NCBI GenBank assembly: GCA_040954595.2
Contig: CM082577.2
Location: forward strand, 12,557,654-12,621,653
Direction: 5' to 3'
Source: Balanoglossus misakiensis
Taxonomy: Eukaryota > Animalia > Hemichordata
DNA: 64,000 nucleotides
Notes under the pieces: generated by a model
What the model saw: only the letters and a program-made list of their open reading frames with translations
Database searches by the model: none
What the model was told of the DNA's origin: nothing
Made by a program: the position numbers and the translations under genes
Shown: positions 1 through 10,672 of the stretch, piece after piece
Layout of the letters: every line of letters begins with the position of its first letter
How positions within the stretch are numbered: position 1 is the stretch's first letter

Positions 1-89
1 ACTAAAGTTGTTAGCATGTAAATAACTGAAATGAAAATGAGTTGTCACTGTTGTATCACAAAAAGATGAATGGGAAGTATGAAATGTGA

Positions 90-444
90 TAAAGCCTCTA
101 TAGCTGCCATATTTCACACATTTTTTTCCGTAACAAAATACTTCAAATACATTCCCCATCCTTTAGAATTCTAACCATTAAGCCATATTACTCGTATTTG
201 CATCAGTTTGTCATCTCTCGGCGACATATACCGTGATAGCTGTGTACTGTTTGTATGGAGGCTGATTAAATCAGTGCAGCACCTGTTTAATACTTAGCGT
301 GTTCAAATTGCCACATACAGCCACAATTGGGCATCAATAAGATGTTCATGTATACCTTTCAGAAAGCTCATTTCGATGTGTGAATCTAAGTTGGAAAATT
401 AAATCATGAAAATAATGCAAAATTTGGCAGCTCTAGAGGCTTGA
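90..444. mobile_element. Non-autonomous TIR element (MITE), TTAA/Kolobok-like ends; second copy at about 48156-48514
   Basis: TIR cctctatagctgcca ... tggcagctctagagg. The interior aligns with 48156-48514, which is flanked by ttaa at both ends. Confidence 0.7.
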
Positions 445-1131
445 ATTGCAGATTGCAATTACATGTAATTTTGTTTGTACAAGTCAAATTTCCGGTACTA
501 CATTGTTCAATTTAGGGGGGTTGGGTTCAATGTATCATTTTCAATTAATGTGTTGATTGAAAAGAAGAAACTTATGAGTGCCACCAGTAGAGAGAGTGCC
601 AGATCAAATGTCCTGAGTTTCACCTGAAACTGAATTTGTCTAGGCAACTACTCAACAAATTCGCATGGTATACCGGTACAAGTTAAAGTGGTCAAAAAAG
701 GGGGTCACTATAATGAGTAACTCAAAGTTTTTAACCACAAAATTATAAAGAAGAATGAAACAGTATTATGTTCCCTTTTATGGTGGTGGGGTGTTTCCAT
801 TTTAGGTAATATACTGGGGTAAATGAGATGTCTCTTTTTCTCATGTAGGAGAGTCAAGTGCAGCAAATTGGTAACAGTTTTTCAATTAGAGGTACTGGTA
901 AGTTTCAAAAATAATGCTATGTCATATTGGTAACACTTCTAAATCGAACATCTCCTATTACTGAGGTTGATTTAATTGACATTTGTATTGAAACATTGCA
1001 GATTTCTTGATTTAATTTAGGCTTTGTGTTGATTTTTCCAACACAGTTGTTCATTTCACCTACCGTGCATAACAATAAATATTCAGGTGGCTAGCTTAAA
1101 GTAGCTATAGGATGACCTGAGTCAGTTATGC

Positions 1132-1369
1132 TTAAAGTGAAGGGGTCGTCGCATCGCGTTTGTTTGTTTATAAACATTACAATTTATCCACAAATCCCTA
1201 AAATTAGATAATTCTTTGAATGATGCAGCCAACCGTAGCGTAGACTGGGCATGACAGCAACTGAAGATTATAGTAGGTCGTGGCGACTGCGGTGAGGTTT
1301 GTGCTGGTATGGGAGGACATATTCTCATCAAGGGGGTTACCCACGCGGCACGACGACCCATTCTCTATA
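1132..1369. mobile_element. Degenerate MITE
   Basis: Imperfect TIR ttaaagtgaaggggtcgtcgcatcgcg ... cgcggcacgacgacccattctctataa. Confidence 0.45.
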
Positions 1370-1744
1370 AGTTGTAAAATGTGAAGCTTGTCTATTTTGA
1401 AGAAAAGTTTTCCTTTTTTCTGGCAAAACATAGCTTTCAAATGTAGGTTTGACCAATATTTCACTGTGGTTACTATATACAGATCTAACCATTGTGAAAT
1501 TGTGGTGAAAGCTACAATGTACAACAATTTGTAACTGTAATTTTGCATCATGAAATTTTAAATCCTAATCTCATAATATACTAAAACTCTAAGGAAAATA
1601 AATAGAAACAATTGTTCATACAAGTATCTTGTCAGAATATATCCAAATGGTCTATAACATCAGATTTGGGAAAGTCTGTAATTTGTGTGTTATCGTTACT
1701 TACCTTTGTATGATAACACTGACACAGTAACATTATCATTACAG

Positions 1745-2052
1745 CTTCACAGGGTTCTGAAGCAACAGAACTTCATCCGCTGAATATCCTTTTCATTGAA
1801 CTTGAGAAGCATTTAAATGAAGATGAAGAACGTACACTCATAGGCCTGTTACGTGGTCGTCAAATATTCAAACGAGATTTACAGAAGTTGAAATCTGCTG
1901 CAGAGGTATTTGCATATTTGCAAGAAAGGGGCCATATCAAAGATTACAATTTAAAACTTCTGAAGGAATTGTTCTTGAAAATGCAACGACCACATTTATT
2001 CTCATTGGTAGAGGAATATGAAAAAAAAAATCCAATCAGAAAAACAATATGA
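1745..2052 (+). CDS. Terminal coding exon of a protein with a C-terminal death effector domain; upstream exons not identified
   Basis: Acceptor tttacag at 1744, then phase-1 open frame SQGSEATELHPLNILFIELEKHLNEDEERTLIGLLRGRQIFKRDLQKLKSAAEVFAYLQERGHIKDYNLKLLKELFLKMQRPHLFSLVEEYEKKNPIRKTI* (TGA 2050-2052). This has the six-helix DED pattern. AATAAA occurs near 2177 and 3051. Confidence 0.75.
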
Positions 2053-3967
2053 GTAAAAGGCCATTTTCAGAGGAACCATATGCACAAAATTAAAGTGAAT
2101 TCAAAACAGCCACCTTCACTGCATATCTCCAGACTGTTGTGGTGATAAACGCAATACCAGAATTCTCATTAATGAAAATAAATTAAATGCCAAGACTCTC
2201 GTGGCACTTAATCTGTGGCTAGCAGGCTACCTTATGCTTTCATTGCCAGAAGAGGAATTCTTGACACAACACATATTAGCAGTATGTATTCTGTGTGAAT
2301 GTAATGACCTTGATAGCAACAGATGTGTTTTAATGTAGCGTTTCCAGATTAACATACAGAACCATCTACGAACATAGGTGTACTGCATATTTTTATGTTC
2401 ATTTGTATATATAACTGACCAAGATATAGGGTACTGTGGTAGATACAACCAGATGAGTTGTAGAAACAACAACAGTGTTTGCAATGATGTATATTTTAGC
2501 AGTTATATTTTGTGCCAATTATGTTTTATAAAGTTGTTGGTCGACTATTAAAAATTAGGACAGAAGAACACTGTTTTTTTTTTAATTTTGCCAAAGGTGC
2601 AGTGATCAATGTCAGTGTTTTACATGCATATTAATTTGATTTTTGTTTAGTATAAAGAGAAATCACATATTTGTTTCTATAATATGCACACCAGTATATA
2701 TTGCTGTTACATGCTTTCAGTAGATGGTTTAAAGGCTAGATTATGCTTGTTTTACCTTACTGCTGTTTCACACTTGTTTGTTTTGTGTCCTGTTTGTAGC
2801 TTTCAAAAAGGGGGGGGGGGCGTACACACATAACAGTTGGTGTTGTACAAACGTTGAAATTAAACAGGAAATATATTACAAGTAATCACCTACATTGTAT
2901 ATTTGTTACTTTTGCTTGAAAAGTTTCCTACTTTCATCATTTTTTTCATAAATAAGTCCTGCACACACGTTACAATTGATTGTTATTTACAGTTAATGAA
3001 CATATGTACATGTATTTCCTAGTACATTTTATACATTTATCATTTATTTTAATAAAAATTTAATTTTCCTGTTGAAATAATTCAATGTTTAAGTGCATTA
3101 TTTTTCCATACATTTGAGTGGGAAACTACAATTCACAAACGTATCTTTGCACTCTGATCAAGTTATACAAGTCCACTAAGCCGTCCTTCATTGTCCTTAT
3201 GGAATCCCCTGACTGCAGTGACCCCCTTGCCTGGTTCATGTATCTTTGTTAGTCCCTGCAATCTGCGTTTGGCCGTGTGTCGTCTATCGGGCTTGTCAAA
3301 TAGGTGATCCCAGAAATTAAACATGAGAAACACAAAAGTAACTCAATGATGTGATTGAGCTTTATAACTCAAAACATCCTTTCCACAAAGAGTCGAAGTA
3401 CATTGGACTTGCTTTAAAAGAATATAGTAACTATTACAGACAGAAGTAACAATATGGTACACATCCCTGTCCCTTTTTGTGGTCTGAACACCTTGAATAG
3501 ATAAATAGTAGTATAAATGTGCTTGCCATTAAATATATGTAAAGTTGGCATGGAAGGGAAAACAATCACAGCTCCACGCAGAAATATACATTGAGGTGGC
3601 TGCGGTCTGACCAGTGTTATAGTATGGCCTTTATTATATATGTTCAGCTGGAAAACGGGAACGGAGATTTCTCTAAAAAAAATTACAGAAGTAAAATTGA
3701 ACCTGAACCTCGTTTGTACTAGCTCTTTGAGCGGTGTTTAAATCACGCAAGCTCCGAGACCCTCACATGACCAACTTTCAGCCAATCAGGGAAGGCCACT
3801 GTCCGCCTCTTGGCTCAGTACTTTTACAGGCGACACTGCTTGTACACGCTGCTTCACATTGTCATAGCGATTTGCTTTTCAAGCAATATTTAGCGTACGC
3901 TGTTGAGTCTGTTTTTACAGTTACGTTTCGGTTGAACTATCTGTCACCGACAGACGTAGTGGTAGTG

Positions 3968-5200
3968 ATGGATAAGCCCAGCGTCGACTCAGCTGCGACT
4001 GGTCATGTAGACCATACCGTCGACACAGCAAGCCTGTTATCGTCCATGACACCATGTTTGGAGATGCAACTGTGGGCAGAAAAATACGGTATTTCTTTGG
4101 ACACACTGTCGGTTCTTGGTATGCACGGCTTCGTTACATTGGATGCTGTCAAACTGATCAAGCCTGAAGACGTGGTTAGTATGAAAATCAGTCCATTGGG
4201 CCAGCTCAGACAGTTAGAAGCGGCAATAATCGCGCTGATGGGACCCGGCCAGGGTCAAGCCAGTCCCGCCAAAAACATGACTTCCAAGATGGCGCCCCCG
4301 ACTGTTGCAGAGAATGTGTCAAGTTTCTCCAGTGGCGCGGACTGTCGTAAAGACGTGAGCTCTTCTGACCACAGTGCTCCTCCCGTATCTACATTGAAAA
4401 GCGAAGAAACGCCTCTTGCAAGCTTCAACCTGGACACCTTGCTGAAAGCGTTGGCTCCAGAAACAGCGGCTGCGAATTCCAACGCGGACGTGCCGCCTAA
4501 ATGCGCTACACCTGATCGTATGGATTTAGACCCACTGGTTTACCTAAAACCCAAGACTAAAGGTCAGAAACACTTGGATATTGTTGACTTTGTCCCCGGT
4601 TCCTTCACAACGAAAGTGGAACAACAGGTCTTGTCGGTCGGCGATAGCGGCAGTAAGCTGATATTGGAATCCGGTCCCGCCAAACCTAAGCTGAACTCTG
4701 TCACACCACAACAATGGACAGCGGCGAACGCGCGCATCTTATATGAACTGATTATTAATCATTCGTTTGATATTATTCAAATCAAACACTATCTAGCGTA
4801 CACTGTGAAAGTATCACAGTTGGCTGATAGATATGAGTGGGCGTCTATCCTAGTTTATGACAGGGAGTATCGGATGTTGCAGGCAGCCTATCATTTCCCT
4901 TGGGGTACGGAGTCCCAACATTTGTCATCGGTACACTTGAGGGAGAAATTCATAGCAAACAAAGTAGCTAGTAAGGGTGCCACTGGCCCTAGTGGGAATA
5001 TTAACGAGGGAAAGGGTGTTTTGCCTGCACCATTAGATGCAAAAACAGGTAGGCCAATATGCATTGGTTTCAACAAAGGTAATTGTACGTTTGGTAATAG
5101 ATGTACATATGCCCACATCTGTTTGGAGTGTCGCAAACAGCACCCAAAGTCATCTCATCCAAATGATGAAGAAAAAGTAGCAAGCGAATCAAAAAACTAG
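3968..5200 (+). CDS. Gag-like ORF1 of the Ngaro element
   Basis: Probable ATG at 3968 (MDKPS), the first ATG beyond repeat A1. SAM-like N-terminal region, DIRS/Ngaro gag core (WTAANARIL...YEWASILVYDREYR) and C-terminal CCCH finger CIGFNKGNCTFGNRCTYAHICLECRKQH. Confidence 0.85.
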   Translation: MDKPSVDSAATGHVDHTVDTASLLSSMTPCLEMQLWAEKYGISLDTLSVLGMHGFVTLDAVKLIKPEDVVSMKISPLGQLRQLEAAIIALMGPGQGQASPAKNMTSKMAPPTVAENVSSFSSGADCRKDVSSSDHSAPPVSTLKSEETPLASFNLDTLLKALAPETAAANSNADVPPKCATPDRMDLDPLVYLKPKTKGQKHLDIVDFVPGSFTTKVEQQVLSVGDSGSKLILESGPAKPKLNSVTPQQWTAANARILYELIINHSFDIIQIKHYLAYTVKVSQLADRYEWASILVYDREYRMLQAAYHFPWGTESQHLSSVHLREKFIANKVASKGATGPSGNINEGKGVLPAPLDAKTGRPICIGFNKGNCTFGNRCTYAHICLECRKQHPKSSHPNDEEKVASESKN

Positions 5201-6939
5201 ACTGCCTGCCTCCCCCTCCACCCAACCCCCATAGTTTAAATTACGGTGCTTGGGTCTCTGAGATTGCCCCTGATGACCCCGACAAGGATTTTCTCCTTGA
5301 TGGTATAAACAATGGCTTTCATATTTTGGATTGTAATTCTGTTGGGTCTCGTGTGGAGGTGGATAATTATCGCTCTGCCACTGATGAAGGGAATTGTTGT
5401 ACAGTGGAATGCCAAATTATAGATGAAATTAGGGAAGGGCGTTATGTTGTTACCCCTACTAAGCCTCACATTGTTAGTGCTATAGGAGCAATACCTAAGC
5501 CACAGTCTAATGGTGTTCGCCTCATACACGATTGTAGTCGTCCCCCAGGGTCAGCTATCAATGATTTTGCTGATGCACCCTCTTTCTCGTATCAAACCTT
5601 ACAAGAGGCCATCAATCTTATTAAACCCGGCTCTTTCATGGCCAAGGTGGACCTCAAGTCTGCATATAGGTCGGTGCGCATCCATCCGTCAAATTACAAG
5701 TTTACTGGTCTTAAATGGGCTTTTTCTGACTCAAAGAAGCCGACATATATGTATGATACAAGGTTACCTTTTGGAGCAAAACGAGCTCCCATGATTTTCC
5801 ACCGCATAACTCAAGCTGTCCGCAGAATGCTTGCTCGTCAAGGTATAGATAGTGTTGTAGTATATTTAGATGATTTCTTAATTGTTGCTGACACATATGA
5901 GGAATGTCAAAAAGCATTGAATATCCTCATCAAACTTCTCCGCAAATTGGGTTTTGCCATTGCATGGCACAAAGTGGAGGGCCCTACCCAACGTTTGGTT
6001 TTTCTGGGAGTTCTTATTGACAGTGTGAATCTTACACTGTCTTTGCCGCCTGCTAAATTGCATGAATTCTTCCGCCTGCTGCTCTCGTTTCGCAACAAGA
6101 AACGTGCATCACGCCGCCAGCTGCAGTCCCTTGCTGGGAAGCTAAATTGGGCCTGTCAAGTTATTTATGGAGGTAGAACTTTCCTCCGGAGAATAATAGA
6201 TTGCATAGGCAAGCTTAACAAACCCACACACAAAATATTATTGTGTAATGACTTTTTTGCAGATTTAGACTGGTGGATTGCTTTCTTACCACAGTTTAAT
6301 GGTAGTGTCAGGTTTTTAAATCGTGCACCTATTACTGATGTCCACACAGATGCATCTGGTAAAGCTGCTGGTGCTTGGTTTAAAAATGACTGGCTCTATT
6401 TTCCATGGTGTGAGTGGCCAAAAGCTGCTAATTTGCATATTAATTACAAGGAGACTTTGGTTCTCTTATTAGCTGCTCTCAGGTGGGCCCCATTCTGGGC
6501 TAATCACAAGGTGATACTTCATACAGACAATATTACAGCCATGCATATAATAAACAAAGGAATTTCAAAACATGCTGTAATTATGGATAGCCTGCGTTCA
6601 CTGTTTTGGTTATCTGCTGTTTTCAATTTCTCTGTGCATGCAGTGTATGTTCCTGGCAAACTGAACAATATTCCAGATGCGATTTCTAGACTACATGAGC
6701 CGGGTCAGCTGTTACGTTTGCATTCACTGTTTGATCCAGGGGGTGTTTATCACCCTATCTGTACCTACAATTCATTACCTGCTCATATGTCTAGAATGGC
6801 TTTGCTGGCACTTATCCCACAGATCCAGAAGTCCAGCAGCTGGAAGCACAGCTTGACTTGGAAGTTGCCAGATACAGATCCAGTGCATTTGCCACCAATA
6901 CAAAGCGTACATACAGTACCCACTGGAAGTCTTACTTAG
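5170..6939 (+). CDS. Reverse transcriptase/RNase H ORF of the Ngaro element
   Basis: Frame is open from 5170, with no ATG before the RT core, and overlaps the gag end in the -1 frame. RT motifs RLIHDCS, KVDLKSAY, LPFG, YLDDF and FLG. RNase H motifs TDASG, HINYKE, TDN and DAISR. Confidence 0.92.
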   Translation, partial: RKSSKRIKKLDCLPPPPPNPHSLNYGAWVSEIAPDDPDKDFLLDGINNGFHILDCNSVGSRVEVDNYRSATDEGNCCTVECQIIDEIREGRYVVTPTKPHIVSAIGAIPKPQSNGVRLIHDCSRPPGSAINDFADAPSFSYQTLQEAINLIKPGSFMAKVDLKSAYRSVRIHPSNYKFTGLKWAFSDSKKPTYMYDTRLPFGAKRAPMIFHRITQAVRRMLARQGIDSVVVYLDDFLIVADTYEECQKALNILIKLLRKLGFAIAWHKVEGPTQRLVFLGVLIDSVNLTLSLPPAKLHEFFRLLLSFRNKKRASRRQLQSLAGKLNWACQVIYGGRTFLRRIIDCIGKLNKPTHKILLCNDFFADLDWWIAFLPQFNGSVRFLNRAPITDVHTDASGKAAGAWFKNDWLYFPWCEWPKAANLHINYKETLVLLLAALRWAPFWANHKVILHTDNITAMHIINKGISKHAVIMDSLRSLFWLSAVFNFSVHAVYVPGKLNNIPDAISRLHEPGQLLRLHSLFDPGGVYHPICTYNSLPAHMSRMALLALIPQIQKSSSWKHSLTWKLPDTDPVHLPPIQSVHTVPTGSLT

Positions 6940-7016
6940 AATTTTTGTACTTCTACTTGATGTTCTACTTTCTAGTAATCTATTTGGAGTTTGGGGCAGT
7001 AGATGTAGTTTTATAG
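6795..7016 (+). pseudogene. N-terminal remnant of the tyrosine recombinase ORF
   Basis: A frame overlapping the RT/RH end reads DPEVQQLEAQLDLEVARYRSSAFATNTKRTYSTHWKSYLEF, typical of the DIRS YR core-binding start. It then runs into T-rich sequence and repeat B1, with no catalytic R-H-R-Y region. Confidence 0.7.
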
Positions 7017-7461
7017 TTAGTGTTAAGATGCTGTAGTGTAATAAAGCCTCCCTGACACCAAAGTCTGATTGAGTTTTGTGTGGTTTAAGTACTAGCTCTT
7101 TGAGCGGTGTTTAAATCACGCAAGCTCCGAGACCCTCACATGACCAACTTTCAGCCAATCAGGGAAGGCCACTGTCCGCCTCTTGGCTCAGTACTTTTAC
7201 AGGCGACACTGCTTGTACACGCTGCTTCACATTGTCATAGCGATTTGCTTTTCACCCACCCTCCCATCCCTCTGCCTTGTAGTTGCTTACCTTATACAAC
7301 GTCATCTTTCATAACATGTTTGTATTTTGCTTGTCTTTTGCTTTTTGTATACATTTTATAGTATGGGGGCAGTAGATGTAGTTTTATAGTTAGTGTTAAG
7401 ATGCTGTAGTGTAATAAAGCCTCCCTGACACCAAAGTCTGATTGAGTTTTGTGTGGTTTAA

Positions 7462-10400
7462 AAGCCTCTAGATTTTTAAATGATAAAAGTCTGAGATGTC
7501 AGATATGTATATAGGTGGCCAGTATTTTATTCCCTCCTTTTCTCCAATCCATTGATATTCCAATTCATTGTGGATCAGGCAAAATTCTTTGGTATGGTGC
7601 ATATAGCAAGTTCTAGTATTCAAGCAAGAGGTCCTGCTTAATTTGTATTTCACTTCTTTGGATTTGCAAGCCAAGTTCATATACAACAAAGGCGATCGCT
7701 GCAAGTTCCTCCGTGAATCTAGAAACTGTCAAACCTCTGTCTGATACATATTCCTTCAGCTGGGGGTACGGTGTAAAACATGAAATTTTCAAGTGTCATC
7801 TCAGTTGAATCTGCCATGATGTTCCTGGAACAATGAAAATTACCCAAAAGATTAATATAACTATTAATTTGTGAAATTGTAAAGTTCATCCAAATGGTAC
7901 CTGAATATTTATATTCCAGGTGACCGGCCCACGTCAAACTTTACAAGGAATTAAACAATAGATATATGGTAGATGGTTGAAGTTCAGCCAAATGATGTTC
8001 CACATTATCTTCATATTGATGTGTGTGGCTGAAAACCTCAATAAGAACCACATATTTGTTGAAGTTAATGTCAACTCAACAAAAAATCTGGTTCCTTTAG
8101 AGGCTACAGTCATACTCTGAGTACTTGCAGTGGTAAGTATAGTCGTTTTCGCAAACTCTGTTTATCAGCAAGTCCAACTCAGGACCTTATACATGTACAA
8201 GGCATTGTCTATCCACTCAAGTCTGTAGGGAAAAATTGACAAAGCTTAAAGTACAATACTTGGACCATTACTTTTAGCGGTCATACATTGTGTGTAAGTG
8301 TGTTAACACAACCGTGCTATCACTTCTTGTACAGATGTATTCAGCCCTAGCTGTGGAAACACATATATTTGGGGGTGGCGGGGGTGTTTTCCCCCTCCAA
8401 TATAAAACATGCTCCACCCAAAAAACCCAACAACAAAGAAAGGTTATCTGGAAAGTGATTGATTATGTTCCTTTCATGATTACTCCATCAATAGATGAAG
8501 AGGTTACAGAAGAAGGGATAATTTCAGCGGGGGTCAAAGACAACTATTTTGTCTGGCAAGGGCATTCCTGGGAAAGGATGATGGTTGAAGCCATGACGTA
8601 CCACATCAGTAATGACATGAAAATGGTTTGGATCTCATTTATAAACTTAAGTCATTGTTTTCATAAGTGGATGAATTCGTACTGGATCTTGTGATCATGC
8701 TTGTTGGACATGTCACGTTATCTTTGGCAAATTGCGATTAAAATTGAGAATTTCTACATGCATTTGTTTTCATCCAAGTATGGGGTTCATACAGGGACCA
8801 TTAAGAATGTTCTGAAACATCTCAGGTCAAATACTGGCATAAAATATTTTGTGTGAATGGGAAACGGTCCTGAAACGTCTCAGATTTGAGACGGCTTTGC
8901 CGGTCAGACCAGAGCCGGTGTAAGGATTAACTCCTCTCCACAACCCATCGTCTATGGGGCCGAGCCTCAGCGCCTATACATAAACTTTGTGTGTGTGGAC
9001 ACAATGCAACTCAAAGGATTATTTCCCTGTGTTTACCATGGACAAATAGTGGCTCAGAAACGTTTCAAATTTTACCCTGTGTGTACCTGGTAAAGGACAC
9101 TATTTTGAGAAATGTTATCCAAACAGATTTTGGTGACTTAAGAACTATCCCGACAATTGCTGTTTTAAGTTACACCACGGTTCCTAGAAAATTAGTACTC
9201 CACACTGAAACAGCTTGCTAGATTTCTCTACTATATTTTAAGCAAAATTTTGATTTTTTCTCACAAAAGTGTGAATGACAACATAGAATAACATTTTCCT
9301 CTTTTTTTTTTTCACTTCCAGCATCATTTTGCCTCTGTCGTGGATTCTGACGTGGTTCTAGTGTTGAGCGGAGACAAAGTTTGATAAAGTTCAATAGTGT
9401 CTCATGCATAATTAGCCGTTGCTATGCAAATTGCTTCAGAAGTGGCTAGTGTATCATTTCTTACCTCAAGACAGCGCTCTGGGTGAGAGACCACACATCA
9501 ATGTTGTGAACTTGGACTTGACCTTTGATAATCAGCTTTTAGCCATAGATTTCTTCAGCCAACACAATGGATCAAAATCCTGGACCAGTCTCCACAAATG
9601 TTACGTTGGGTCATCCAGTTCTATGAACAAGCATAAAACAATTGTACTGTAGTTGATTAAACCAGAATTGCATTTACTACAATCACTCAGACTACATTTT
9701 CCAAGTCGAAAGTACGGCTTTGTAATTAGGATTTTTGTTGATTTTGTAAACTCCCCTGAGTGCAGGCAGCCATTGCAATCATATGAATCACTTGAAACCA
9801 ATATGTTAAATTGATGGGCACTTCAAGATTTCTTCTGCCAGTACAATTATATTTTTTTTGTTACCTGATGTTTTTACAGCAAAATAGATCATACGTACAT
9901 GATTAGTTTAGTATTTGCCTGAGCTAACTCGACGTCTAATAATTGATTTTCTCTGTGCAGTACATTAAACACTTGTGTCAGAGACACAATTTTCTTCATG
10001 GGAATGTCAAATTGAGATATAAGCTGCACATGTTTACCTGATTTGTGGTTGTCAAGATCCTCAAGCCATTGCCAACAGTTTTCTGCATGATGACTCCATT
10101 CCAATTGATCTCACATATTTAACCCGATCCATTTTTTGTTCCCGGTACAAGGGGACGGTCATTGGTTCCCGAAAAATTGGAAAATAACTTCCAATTTTCG
10201 GTACTAACACCACCAGCGCGTGAAGCTTGACCGTTTTGGTGGCACCTACTCTAGAGGACCCTGCCCCCTTCCCAAAGGCGGCCAATTGCTCTCTCCAGAT
10301 CCAAACTCCAGAGAGAGCCCCTATCTAAAGGAGAAGTCCCACCAACTATCGGCTTTGAAATTGGAAGCTGCAGCTTCTTAATCCATTAATTCTTCAAACA

Positions 10401-10530
10401 ATACCAAATTAGTTAACCCTGGAAAGGGCCCAAACATCCCCCCACGATCCCTCACCCCCAGCACAGTGAGACTCAATCTCGTTGACAAAGTCAGTTCTGA
10501 TGGCTTTCAGTTGGAGCTCTCGTCAATCAA
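7462..10530 (-). mobile_element. Highly decayed L1/Tx1-like non-LTR retrotransposon
   Basis: Scattered minus-strand motif relics in the expected order: LDLERAI (ORF1, about 10290), NICGDW and NIDVW (APE endonuclease, 9490-9610), RQNSCL*PPL..*PL (RT QGCPLSP box, about 8500-8555), KYSG (about 7905). Many stops and frameshifts. Confidence 0.5.
8780..9110. repeat. Interspersed repeat; related copies at about 21855-22060, 31850-32135 and, inverted, about 60575-60640
   Basis: Shared core gatttgagacggctttgccggtcagacc(a/t)gagc..gtgtaagg.ttaac.cctct..caaccc at all copies. Confidence 0.65.
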
Positions 10531-10672
10531 ATGAACATGATGAACCTGTAGACATAACAAAACAAAAAGAAGTACATCATTATATGCAAAAATTGAGGCA
10601 TTTATGTGTATGATGTGCAATGTGTGCCCACAAGAATGGGTTCCACCAGTCCACAATCCACCAAACCAAGAA

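Larger units (their letters stand above)
3716..7461 (+). mobile_element. Ngaro-type DIRS-order (tyrosine-recombinase) retrotransposon with the YR gene internally deleted
   Basis: Split direct repeats in A1-ORFs-B1-A2-B2 order: A1 3716-3881 = A2 7089-7254 (166 bp); B1 6993-7088 = B2 7366-7461 (96 bp, contains AATAAA). Encodes gag and RT/RNase H. No TSD seen. Confidence 0.92.

Noticed and set aside
3734-3967. N-terminal 78 codons of the 488-aa ORF and the matching ORF 7107-7361
   Set aside because: They are translations of the non-coding A repeats from a GTG. Gag more plausibly starts at ATG 3968.
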